Shown here one piece after another: positions 20,181 to 29,260 of a DNA stretch of 64,000 bases. Numbering within the stretch: position 1 is the stretch's first letter; the number at the start of each line of letters is the position of its first letter. Below the pieces are notes generated by a model, which saw only the letters and a program-made list of their open reading frames with translations, searched no databases and was not told where the DNA came from. The position numbers and the translations under genes were made by a program. The stretch is from Methanobacteriota archaeon (lineage in GTDB: Archaea; Thermoplasmatota; Poseidoniia; Poseidoniales; Poseidoniaceae), in assembly GCA_002720275.1 (NCBI GenBank), contig PBHR01000001.1, positions 10,126 through 74,125 on the forward strand, written 5' to 3'.

Positions 20181-20558
20181 ATGCGCTTTGAATGTGATAT
20201 GCTAGAGGATTTTAATGAAGCATTTGAAATACCCTATTCTCAAACTCCAACTTTGGGTGAAAAAGAATTAGGTGAATTAAGAATAAGACTACTTGAAGAA
20301 GAAGTTCAAGAATATGCTGATGCTGTAAGAAGTGGGGATTTATTGGAAATTTTAGATGCTCTTGGGGACATCGCATATATTTTAGCAGGAAGTGTCTTGA
20401 ATCATGGTTTACAACATGTGATTGATGATGCTTTTACTGAAATACATCGTTCAAATATGGCTAAATTAGTTGACGGGAAAGTTTTGAAAAGAGCTGATGG
20501 AAAGGTTGTAAAACCAGACGATTGGAAACCTCCAAATCTAAAACAGTTTTTAGAGTAA
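20181..20558 (+). CDS. MazG-like all-alpha NTP pyrophosphohydrolase (PRA-PH/DR2231-like)
   Basis: LLEEEVQEY, EILDALGDIAY, IHRSNMAK, DGKVVKPDDWKPP. Confidence 0.88.
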   Translation: MRFECDMLEDFNEAFEIPYSQTPTLGEKELGELRIRLLEEEVQEYADAVRSGDLLEILDALGDIAYILAGSVLNHGLQHVIDDAFTEIHRSNMAKLVDGKVLKRADGKVVKPDDWKPPNLKQFLE

Positions 20559-21107
20559 ATTTTCAATCTCTTCCTCAGATAATTCTCGGAATGTTGCATT
20601 TTCATGCAATATTTTAGAATGCCCCATGGGGTCTAAAAATTTCAAAGTTAATTTAATCGGAATTTCTCCATTTAGCATTTTGTTTATCTTTTCTAAAAGT
20701 AAATTACATTTTTCTAAATCATCTTTGTCTTCTTCAATTAATTGATTCCTTGTAATATTTATGGCATCAATAAACCTGTTTATTACTCCTTCAACATTTG
20801 AAACATATCCAGAGGAGTGAATTCCTGGATATACTGCTAATTCTAATTCTGGAATTTCTACAGTGCAGTTTGAACCTCTTACAACCCTTGCATTCAATTC
20901 ATCAATAGATTTGATTTCCAATACCCAACTGCCAGGAATTTTACCTTCGGCTGGAATGAAATCTGTTTGTTTTAATCCACAACTAGAGCAGGAAAGTGTA
21001 ATTTGAGTGTGTTCTCCAAAATATGCTATTTGAGTTGTATGTGCAATCATTTTCAAACTATTTTCATCACCACAAACGGGGCAAGAAGTTTCTAGTGGTG
21101 ACTCCAT
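20550..21107 (-). CDS. ZPR1 zinc finger domain protein
   Basis: CPVCG...YFGE...CSSCG, LNARVVRG, VSNVEGV, DPMGHS. Confidence 0.92.
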   Translation of the reverse strand: MESPLETSCPVCGDENSLKMIAHTTQIAYFGEHTQITLSCSSCGLKQTDFIPAEGKIPGSWVLEIKSIDELNARVVRGSNCTVEIPELELAVYPGIHSSGYVSNVEGVINRFIDAINITRNQLIEEDKDDLEKCNLLLEKINKMLNGEIPIKLTLKFLDPMGHSKILHENATFRELSEEEIENLL

Positions 21108-21117
21108 TAATATCGCC

Positions 21118-21618
21118 TTAGTGTACAAATGCTTCGTCTTCAAGACCCTTCATGCCTTTACAAGAGGGTGGTAAAATCAGTAATCTAGTTTCAGATAATT
21201 GCAGAATTTCCCCTCCTAGATCTTCAATTATGAATTGATTTAGTTTTATAACAATTTCAGAAAGTATTTCGTCTTCTGATAAAATATCCTTTAAATCTAC
21301 TATACTAACGTCTCCATCAGAGGCCCAATTGAATAATTGAAAAATTCCATTTTTTCCTAATAAATTAGCTCTGTGGATAATAAAACCATCTTTATTTGAA
21401 ACATTTGCATTTGGGTAAAGTAATCCTAAATCATGATAAATGATATTTGTTTTTTTAACGGGTTTAACAACATTGTTTAAACTAGGCATTATAACACCCT
21501 TTAAAGGCTCTTTTGAAAATGGTTTAACACTTCGTTTCTCAGTCACATCTTCAGCATCAAATAGTGCGTTAATGTCTTCTTCACCGAATGGAAGTTTAGT
21601 CTGTTTGTCATCATCCAC
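21118..21618 (-). CDS. Divergent archaeal SepF-like cell division protein
   Basis: C-terminal 'GDVSIVDLK...LGGEILQLSETRLLILPP' matches the SepF pattern; SepF-ZPR1 adjacency is common in archaea. Confidence 0.65.
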   Translation of the reverse strand: MDDDKQTKLPFGEEDINALFDAEDVTEKRSVKPFSKEPLKGVIMPSLNNVVKPVKKTNIIYHDLGLLYPNANVSNKDGFIIHRANLLGKNGIFQLFNWASDGDVSIVDLKDILSEDEILSEIVIKLNQFIIEDLGGEILQLSETRLLILPPSCKGMKGLEDEAFVH

Positions 21619-21774
21619 GACATGTCTGTTTAATTGTGGGTCTTCAAGTCTTTTGTTGAAATTGGTAATAAATTTGACTTTTTTAGTGTACTTTATTCGT
21701 CGGGTTGATAAACCACCTCTGTACAGGGGTGGGTAAGAGCATCCTCATATTAGTGACCCGTTCTGGTGATAATA

Positions 21775-22404
21775 ATGGAATCAACAATGGATAAATTGAA
21801 GACAGGAACTAGTACATTGGGAATTTGTTATGATGGTGGTGTAGTTGTTGGTGCAGATCATAGGGCAACTATGGGACATTTTATCGCAAACAAAAGTGTT
21901 CAAAAATTATTCAAAATTGGGCCTAATTTAGCCCTAACTACAGCAGGTCTTGTTGGGCATGCTCAAAGTTTATCTAGGACATTAAATGCTGAAACTACAC
22001 TTTATCAATTGAAAAGAGGCCATTCAATGACAGTAAAGGGAGCAGCAACTTTAACAGCAAATATTTTGCTAGGCAGACCCTATTGGGTTCAATTACTAAT
22101 CGTTGGTGTTGATGATTCGGGACCAAGTGTATACAGTATAGATGGTGCTGGTGGCTCAATTCCTGATGTTTATTGTGCAACTGGTTCCGGTTCTCCATAT
22201 ATGTATGGTGTTTTAGAAGATGGGTTTCGTGAAGGAATGCAAAAAAATGATGCTATTAAATTGGCTGCGAGAGCATTACTTGCATCCGGACAGCGTGATG
22301 CTGCTTCTGGAAACGGAATGGATTTAGCATATATTACGCAATCTGAAGGTTTTGTGTTACTTTCTAATGATGAAGTGGATAAGATAATTGCATCTTTGAA
22401 ATAA
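21775..22404 (+). CDS. psmB: Proteasome subunit beta
   Basis: Propeptide KTG|TST; GADHRAT; ATGSGS; QRDAASG; GGTGA RBS before ATG 21775. Confidence 0.96.
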   Translation: MESTMDKLKTGTSTLGICYDGGVVVGADHRATMGHFIANKSVQKLFKIGPNLALTTAGLVGHAQSLSRTLNAETTLYQLKRGHSMTVKGAATLTANILLGRPYWVQLLIVGVDDSGPSVYSIDGAGGSIPDVYCATGSGSPYMYGVLEDGFREGMQKNDAIKLAARALLASGQRDAASGNGMDLAYITQSEGFVLLSNDEVDKIIASLK

Positions 22405-22471
22405 TTTTCCCGGCTGGCCCGCCTTTAGGGCAACTCATTGAGTGGGTTTAGATTTGGGAGAAGGTGATGAA

Positions 22472-24376
22472 ATGAGGCTTAGTTTTCATGAAGTAAAAAG
22501 TAAGATATCAAGTATGGTTCCTAAAGATTTGGAATATAAAGTAGATTTAGAGGCTGCAACTGTTGCACTTGTTACCAATCAACCCGAAAGATTTGGTTCT
22601 GGTAGTGGTTTAACTGGTGAGATTGCAAAGGCAATAAAAAGAAGAGTAGTTATTAGACCCGATAAAAGTATTTTATTGTCTGAAAAAGATTCAGTAACTG
22701 AGATAGAATCTATAATTCCCGAGGAGGCTGGACTAAATGATTATTATTTCGATCCTTGTTTTTCTGAATTAACTTTGACATGTGATGACCCTGGAACTGC
22801 AGTTGGTAGAAGAGGGGAAAATATCAATAAACTAAGAGATAAAATCGGTTGGATTGTAAAAGTTGAGAGGACTCCTTCATTGAAGAGTAAAACTGTTGTT
22901 GACATCAGAGGTTTTAGAAAATCTCATGCAGAAGAAAGGAGAAAACTATTACGAGATTTTGGTAGAAATATCTTCAGGCCCAAATTATCAGGTGGTTCGT
23001 GGGCTAGATTGACAGCTTTAGGATCTTATAGGGAAGTTGGAAGGGCATGTCATTTAATTACAACTAATGAGTCTAGAGTTATGATTGATGTTGGAGTTAA
23101 TATTGCTTCGACTACAGACCCGTTGCCTTACTTTAATGCTCCTGAGGCATTACCTTTAGAAAAGATAGATGCAGTGGTGCTTACTCATGCTCACTTAGAT
23201 CATGCAGGCATGTTGCCCGTGTTGTTTAAATATGGTTACAAAGGACCTGTTTATTGTACTCCACCAACTAGAGATATGATGTTGATATTACAATCTGATT
23301 ACCTTAAAGTAGCGGGTGTAGAGGGTAAGTCGCCACCTTATGAGATGGAACATGTTAGAGAAGCTATGAAACATGTCATTGATGTTAATTGGAAAGAAAC
23401 AACAGATATTACACCGGACATAAAAATGACAATGTCTAATTCTGGGCATATTCTAGGTTCATCGGCATGCCATTTCCATATTGGTGAAGGAAAACACAAT
23501 ATTGTTTTTACAGGGGATTCAAAATTCGAAAAGAGTTGGTTGTTTGATGCGGCAAATGTAAAATTCCCAAGGTGTGAAACATTAGTAATTGAATCTACCT
23601 ATGGCGCACAAGGTGATTTTCAACCCTCACGTCTAGAAGCAACTTCGGAATTGCAAGAAATTATTAAAAGAACTATTGGAAGAAATGGAAAAATGATTTT
23701 GCCTGTATTTGCAGTAGGTAGAAGTCAAGAAGTGATGATTGCTATTGATGAATTGTTCCGCAGTGGTGATTTTAAACCTTGCACTGTATATTTGGATGGA
23801 ATGATTCAGGAAGCAACAGCAATCCATGCTTCACATCCTGATTTTTTAACAAGGGATCTGAAAAACTCTATTCAAAAAGACTCTGATAGTAATCCTTTCA
23901 GCGCCCCTTGGTTCCGTAAAGTACAGGGTAGGGAAATGAGAGAATCTATCTTAGTTGATCCAAATCCATGCATTGTTTTAGCAACAAGTGGAATGTTGAA
24001 TGGTGGACCTGTAATGACTTATTTTAGGCATTGGGCTGCAAATGAGAGAAATGCTTTATGTTTTGTTGGCTATCAAGCAGAGGGAACTATTGGAAGGAGA
24101 CTTCAAAAAGGATTTAAACAAGTTCAAATGTTTTATGATGGTGAAACAATAAATTTAGAAGTTAATTGTGAATATATCACAATCGATGGATTTAGTGGTC
24201 ATTCTGATAGGAAACAACTATTGGATTTTGTAGACCAATTAAATCCAAAACCGAATGCGATTATTTGCCATCATGGAGATTATAGGAAATGCAGTGAATT
24301 GGGTAGGGCTCTTAGAGAAAAATACAAGGTTAGGTCTTATTCTCCACAAAATCTTGAAACAATAAGGTTGTTCTAA
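22472..24376 (+). CDS. fttA: beta-CASP ribonuclease aCPSF1 / transcription termination factor
   Basis: N-terminal KH domains, THAHLDH, GHILGS, IESTYG, FAVGRSQE, GYQAEGT, FSGHSD; follows psmB as is usual. Confidence 0.95.
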   Translation: MRLSFHEVKSKISSMVPKDLEYKVDLEAATVALVTNQPERFGSGSGLTGEIAKAIKRRVVIRPDKSILLSEKDSVTEIESIIPEEAGLNDYYFDPCFSELTLTCDDPGTAVGRRGENINKLRDKIGWIVKVERTPSLKSKTVVDIRGFRKSHAEERRKLLRDFGRNIFRPKLSGGSWARLTALGSYREVGRACHLITTNESRVMIDVGVNIASTTDPLPYFNAPEALPLEKIDAVVLTHAHLDHAGMLPVLFKYGYKGPVYCTPPTRDMMLILQSDYLKVAGVEGKSPPYEMEHVREAMKHVIDVNWKETTDITPDIKMTMSNSGHILGSSACHFHIGEGKHNIVFTGDSKFEKSWLFDAANVKFPRCETLVIESTYGAQGDFQPSRLEATSELQEIIKRTIGRNGKMILPVFAVGRSQEVMIAIDELFRSGDFKPCTVYLDGMIQEATAIHASHPDFLTRDLKNSIQKDSDSNPFSAPWFRKVQGREMRESILVDPNPCIVLATSGMLNGGPVMTYFRHWAANERNALCFVGYQAEGTIGRRLQKGFKQVQMFYDGETINLEVNCEYITIDGFSGHSDRKQLLDFVDQLNPKPNAIICHHGDYRKCSELGRALREKYKVRSYSPQNLETIRLF

Positions 24377-24715
24377 TTACAAAGGTAAATCCCATCCTTC
24401 TTCTAAAACATCAGGTATATTTTCATTTGAAGACTCATGATTTTTATGTGTGTTTAAATCACTTTTTAAGTTAATAGTCTTTGATTTTTGAGTCATTGTT
24501 GTCTCTGAATTAAGTTGTGGAAATAACTTATTATGATCTGTTTTTTTAGTTGTAAACATAGAGATGATGAAAATGAATATTAAAGATGAGAGTACAATAA
24601 CTAAAACCCAATATTTTTCACTTGGTTCATGAATTATTTTGTATAGTGATACAACGAGGATGAGAATTTGAGTAACTAAAATAAAATATCTTATCTGCGT
24701 TTTTTCAAACTCCAT
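24377..24715 (-). CDS. Small two-TM hypothetical protein
   Basis: Two hydrophobic segments; C-terminal 'IPDVLEEGWDLPL'. Confidence 0.65.
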   Translation of the reverse strand: MEFEKTQIRYFILVTQILILVVSLYKIIHEPSEKYWVLVIVLSSLIFIFIISMFTTKKTDHNKLFPQLNSETTMTQKSKTINLKSDLNTHKNHESSNENIPDVLEEGWDLPL

Positions 24716-24767
24716 GGATGGTCTGAAGGAGGGTGCATTCATGAACCCCTTACATTACCCGCTATAC

Positions 24768-25406
24768 ATGAGGGGTCCACAGATCTCAAGTTGTCCAGGT
24801 TGGTTAATGACTGCTGTAGCACCTTGGGGTGAGAATAAAGAGGATGCTTATGATCAAGGACTTGTTGAATTGGGACTTGGAGATGCAAGATTAATTCGTG
24901 TAGAAGGTGCAATGTTGCCTATGGGTTTTGAACCTATAGCACCAGAATCTCTGCCTATGGGTAGTTTAGTAGAATGTCACTTAGCCATTGCTTATTCATT
25001 TGATAGTGGTATTGCTTCAGCAGGTGTTGCTTGGGCACATTGTAAAACACCAGAAGGAGATGAATGCTCAATTACGGCTTCTATTTCTACACAAAAAGAC
25101 TCAATTACTACTGATGAATTGTTAAGGAAAAATTTTAGAAATAAATTAGCGAGTAGGGATTTAGAAGTAATAGAATTTGACATTGCAGTAGATGAGGTTA
25201 CTGCAGGACCTGGGCATCATGGTGTTGCTTTGGCAGCATTAATATTGCCTGAAACAATGTCTTTTCAACATTCAGATCAATTGGGAAGAGTGCGTAGTGG
25301 TTTGACTAGATCCGTAAATGAGGTTAGAAATTTAAATATGAAAGAATCAAAATCACCGGTTCCAAGAGGGCCTAAAAGGGATGATGAAATAGATTTCAAC
25401 ATATGA
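24768..25406 (+). CDS. Pyruvoyl-dependent arginine decarboxylase (PdaD) homologue, probably catalytically inactive
   Basis: AYDQGLVELGLGDARLIRVEGAMLP, LPMGSLV, ASAGVAWA and GVALAAL align with the PvlArgDC layout, but the Ser-Ser cleavage site is absent. Confidence 0.8.
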   Translation: MRGPQISSCPGWLMTAVAPWGENKEDAYDQGLVELGLGDARLIRVEGAMLPMGFEPIAPESLPMGSLVECHLAIAYSFDSGIASAGVAWAHCKTPEGDECSITASISTQKDSITTDELLRKNFRNKLASRDLEVIEFDIAVDEVTAGPGHHGVALAALILPETMSFQHSDQLGRVRSGLTRSVNEVRNLNMKESKSPVPRGPKRDDEIDFNI

Positions 25407-25415
25407 GTTGTAATA

Positions 25416-25865
25416 ATGTCAAAAAAAACACCCTCATATCTTGTAATTCTTTGTAATGAGTGTAATTATTATTTTGGAAAGCATAAAAAATCAAAACTTA
25501 ATTGTCCTAGGTGCGGTTCTTTACAAAATTCACCACAAATCTATGGTAGGGTTGATGATTCAAACTCATTACATGATTTAGTTTCAGAATTGAATATTCC
25601 TGAAGAATTAAGAAGTGATTTTAAAAATTTAAACCAAAATAATGAAGATATAAACGAACCTAATAATTTAATCGATTTAATACCTATGATGTTTAATGAA
25701 ACAACTAATTCTGAAGGAGAATTGACATTAGTTGATGTAGAAAAATATGTTAAAAAAAAGAATCTAAAAATAACCCCGAGAGAACTTTTGGAAGTTTGTG
25801 AATTTGAAGGTTTATTGATTAGGTTACATGGTGAAAAGTGGAAAGTAATATCTGAATCCTTATGA
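25416..25865 (+). CDS. Zinc-ribbon protein with C-terminal winged-helix-like segment (DUF1922/DUF5817-like)
   Basis: YLVILCNEC...CPRCG; C-terminal helix and 'GLLIRL..KW'. Confidence 0.6.
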   Translation: MSKKTPSYLVILCNECNYYFGKHKKSKLNCPRCGSLQNSPQIYGRVDDSNSLHDLVSELNIPEELRSDFKNLNQNNEDINEPNNLIDLIPMMFNETTNSEGELTLVDVEKYVKKKNLKITPRELLEVCEFEGLLIRLHGEKWKVISESL

Positions 25866-25891
25866 CTGTAAATAATGTCGGCTGTCTGTTA

Positions 25892-25965
25892 GGGCCCGTG
25901 GGTTAGTTTGGCTATGCTTGGAGCTTTGGGAGCTTTAGACCCCGGTTCAAATCCGGGCGGGCCCA
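25892..25965 (+). tRNA. tRNA-Pro(UGG)
   Basis: GGGCCCG/CGGGCCC acceptor stem; anticodon arm GGAGC-TT TGG GA-GCTTT; GGTTCAAATCC T-loop; no intron, CCA not encoded. Confidence 0.95.
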
Positions 25966-25973
25966 TCTTTTTT

Positions 25974-26264
25974 CTATTTTCTATCTATAATTCCTTCTCT
26001 TTTAGTAAAACTTATTGAATTTTCTTCCTGCTTATTTTCATTTAAAAAATCATGAGGGTTATTTACAATAATTGTGATTATTAATCCGGATAAAGCGAAA
26101 GACAAGGCAAAAATAGCAATAATTATCGTTCTGTTTCTTTTTTCTTCTTCAGAATCATTGACGTCAGAATTGCTCATCATATTGCCTACAGGAATTAATA
26201 ACGAAAATCCAACTAAAATTATGATTGGTATTAAGAATTTTCTTGGCAGTAATTCAGACTCCAT
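25974..26264 (-). CDS. Small two-TM hypothetical protein
   Basis: 96-aa ORF with two hydrophobic helices. Confidence 0.55.
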   Translation of the reverse strand: MESELLPRKFLIPIIILVGFSLLIPVGNMMSNSDVNDSEEEKRNRTIIIAIFALSFALSGLIITIIVNNPHDFLNENKQEENSISFTKREGIIDRK

Positions 26265-26382
26265 TATTATGCTTCGAAAACAATCTAGCGTTTAAATTAT
26301 GTACATATTTTAGTCTTAATAGTATTTAGAAAGTAATTAAATTACTAAACAAGGTTTGAAATAGAGAACCATTTACAAATGT

Positions 26383-26955
26383 TTGATGGGTGAAATCATT
26401 ATTGCAATTACTGGTGCTTCTGGTGCAGCATATGGTTTAAGATTAATTGAAGTTCTTTCAGAACTTGGAATTGAAATGAGAGTAATAGTTACGGAATCTG
26501 CAAAATTGACATTAAAACATGAATGCGATTTCAATATCGATCAATTTAAATCTATAGAAGGCGTTCTATTAGAGGATAATGAAGACATTGCAGCAAAATC
26601 TGCAAGTGGTTCTGCAAAAATAGATGCCATGGTCATAGTTCCTTGTAGTGGAACAACTTTAGGTAAATTGGCAGCAGGTATTGGAGATAATTTGGTAACT
26701 AGAAGTGCCATAGTTTCAATGAAAGAAAGAAGAAAATTAATCATTGTTCCAAGAGAATCACCTCTGGCAACAGTCCATATAGAAAATATGTTGAAATTAT
26801 CTTCCTGGGATACTGTAATTTTGCCAGCAAGTCCTGGTTTTTACAATCATCCAAAATCTATTGATGATTTAATTGATTTTATTGTTTCAAGAATTTTAGA
26901 TCAATTAAAAATTGAAAATACTATTTCAAAAAGATGGACTGGTAATGAAATCTAA
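26383..26955 (+). CDS. ubiX: Flavin prenyltransferase
   Basis: AITGASGAAYG, ASGS, IVPCSGTTLG, KERRKLIIVPRESP, PASPGFY. Confidence 0.95.
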   Translation: MMGEIIIAITGASGAAYGLRLIEVLSELGIEMRVIVTESAKLTLKHECDFNIDQFKSIEGVLLEDNEDIAAKSASGSAKIDAMVIVPCSGTTLGKLAAGIGDNLVTRSAIVSMKERRKLIIVPRESPLATVHIENMLKLSSWDTVILPASPGFYNHPKSIDDLIDFIVSRILDQLKIENTISKRWTGNEI

Positions 26956-27011
26956 ATTTTTCAGTTTAACTTTAGGATGAGTTCTTAATAATGAATTTTT
27001 AGCATCTCTTT

Positions 27012-28739
27012 ATGGCAGAGGATATGGAGTCACTTTCAGTCCCTGAACTCAAAAAAATTTTAAAAAATAAAAATTTACCAGTTTCTGGAAGAAAAAGTGA
27101 TTTGATTAAGAGGCTGGCGGAAGAAAACGCAAAAGATATTCAAATTTCAATACCTTTGTATAGTGAAAATAATCTTTGGAGGAGACTAAGAAATAAGAAA
27201 TGGGAACTTCGTAATGGTTATGTAATTTCAGCCGTTCATGTTTTTGTTAGTTTAATGGTTATTTTATCTACAGCAGGACTTGGTGCATATGCAGTGTCCC
27301 AATTTAATTCAAAAACACCAGATTATAATTTAATTCAATTCGATAGTTCCAAGGCAAGAGAATATACTCAGATGTTAGTTGATTTAGGTCATCCAGAATG
27401 GAACGGTAGGATGAGTGGATCAGTTGAAGAGCAAGCCACAGTAGACGCCATACAACAGAACTTTACAGAAATGGGTCTTATGTTGCAATATGAAACTTTC
27501 AATGTCCCTATGTTTGAAATCCGTTCTGAACCAGAACTTTCTATGTGTATACCAGGGGAGTACCCTTTTAGTCTTCAGAGTCCAACTCCTTGTGGCACCA
27601 CAGATATTAACGCAGAAATTATAAATTTTAATCATTTAACTGATTTTGTTTTACAAGGTTATTCCGGCACTAGAGAAATTCAGTTCTGGCAGGATGAATT
27701 TACAATTGCAAATCTTTCTGATGGAAGCGATGATTCCCTTTGGGATAATGCAAGTGGTCAAGTAGGTATATTGTGGTTAGATTCAGTGGGAGTTACAAGT
27801 AATACTGAATTTTATGCTAAAGCTAGAGATTCAAGTTTAGCGGGATTAATTATTGCAATTAATAAAGGAAATACTTGCAAACTCCCTTCATTAGAGGGAA
27901 CTTGTGTTCCATTTTTCAAAACTGTTGATGTGACTGAGTTAGGGACAATGCCAACAGATATTGCATTTATTATGGTTTCAAATGATGTTGGTAAAACGTT
28001 AAGTGATACTTTTGGAAATAAAGATCAAAATGATGTACGATTGAATTTAGTTACTGATGTTTATAATGATGGAACAATGGATGTTAGAGTACCTTGTGGA
28101 GTTTTACCTGGACAAACAGATGAATTAATCATAATTGGTGGTCATCATGATACAACATATAATGCGCCAGGGGCAGTTGATGATTCAAGTGGAGTTGCTA
28201 ACGTATTAGAATTAGCAAGGCAATTTAGCCTTTTATCAAATGAAATAGGCCCCTCCTATTATACCATTAAGTTTTGTACTTGGGGGGGTGAAGAAGAAGG
28301 TTTACATGGTTCAACAGCGTATGTAGATATGCATTCTATAGAATTATCCGAGATGCTCAGGCTCTATGTTAATTTTGACATGCCTCATGTAGATATTGAT
28401 TTAGAAACTAGAGGTAATAGCATTTCATTTTATGGTAATGGGATAGAAGATTTAGAGCATATATCAAACATTATTGAAGTTTTTAATAAAGAACAACCTG
28501 AAATTTCATCAAAATACGATTTAAGTTATTTCTATCAAAATGATGATGAGATCGCATGTAGTTCAGATCATTGTCCCTTTGTTAAAAAAATAAGTAAAGA
28601 CATTGTTGGTAGTTATGGCGGTGGCTCTTGGGAATATCATACTTACTTAGACGACATGTCTCGTTTTAATGAAGAAAGTTTATTTGTTACTGGAACTATC
28701 TTAGGTTCATATGTATTATATCTGGGATGGGGTGAATGA
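27012..28739 (+). CDS. M28-family metallopeptidase with N-terminal SAP domain, TM anchor and PA-like insert
   Basis: LSVPELKKILKNKNLPVSGRKSDLIKRL; TM; GHHD, GAVDDSSG, GEEEGLHGS, NFDM, YHT. Confidence 0.88.
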   Translation: MAEDMESLSVPELKKILKNKNLPVSGRKSDLIKRLAEENAKDIQISIPLYSENNLWRRLRNKKWELRNGYVISAVHVFVSLMVILSTAGLGAYAVSQFNSKTPDYNLIQFDSSKAREYTQMLVDLGHPEWNGRMSGSVEEQATVDAIQQNFTEMGLMLQYETFNVPMFEIRSEPELSMCIPGEYPFSLQSPTPCGTTDINAEIINFNHLTDFVLQGYSGTREIQFWQDEFTIANLSDGSDDSLWDNASGQVGILWLDSVGVTSNTEFYAKARDSSLAGLIIAINKGNTCKLPSLEGTCVPFFKTVDVTELGTMPTDIAFIMVSNDVGKTLSDTFGNKDQNDVRLNLVTDVYNDGTMDVRVPCGVLPGQTDELIIIGGHHDTTYNAPGAVDDSSGVANVLELARQFSLLSNEIGPSYYTIKFCTWGGEEEGLHGSTAYVDMHSIELSEMLRLYVNFDMPHVDIDLETRGNSISFYGNGIEDLEHISNIIEVFNKEQPEISSKYDLSYFYQNDDEIACSSDHCPFVKKISKDIVGSYGGGSWEYHTYLDDMSRFNEESLFVTGTILGSYVLYLGWGE

Positions 28740-29260
28740 AATTGGATGACATGAAATTTGTATTTGTTCCTTCAATTGTTAATATTGAGGGTGTTCTTGA
28801 AGGGCTTGGAATTTATTCTAAAGAATCTCTTGCTCTTGACAAATTGAAGAAGAAAATAAGTGAAAACTGGTCTTCTGGGTTTAAAGAAGCACAATTAGTT
28901 ATGTGGACTTTAGATTCTGATGAATCAGAGGCGATTCCATTAAAACATATGTATGCTCAAGTTTGCCCCATTTGTGATGAAAGGACTTTTTGGACCGATG
29001 TTGTTGAGATGAATGCATTATGTTATTTGCCTGCATGCCAAGCATGGATTGAAAGTAGTGACATTGAAGAAGGAAAAGTTGATTGTGGTTGGCCTCCAAT
29101 TGGGTTTACATCACAAGTAGATAGTTTAGAAGATGCACTATCTTCATTAAGGAATTATGGAGCAAAAATAAGAGCTTCTACATCTGATGATTCTGATATA
29201 TTTACTCATAGAACTCTTTTGGAAGAATATGAAAAATCTCTTGAAGAAGACTCTACATAG
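28736..29260 (+). CDS. Hypothetical protein with putative Zn finger
   Basis: CPIC...CYLPAC; ATGA-coupled to the peptidase gene. Confidence 0.65.
   Translation: MKLDDMKFVFVPSIVNIEGVLEGLGIYSKESLALDKLKKKISENWSSGFKEAQLVMWTLDSDESEAIPLKHMYAQVCPICDERTFWTDVVEMNALCYLPACQAWIESSDIEEGKVDCGWPPIGFTSQVDSLEDALSSLRNYGAKIRASTSDDSDIFTHRTLLEEYEKSLEEDST

Noticed and set aside
25892..26382. Integrated element at tRNA-Pro (and likewise at tRNA-Lys, 42113)
   Set aside because: No integrase and no duplicated tRNA 3' end were seen; the flanking genes are housekeeping.
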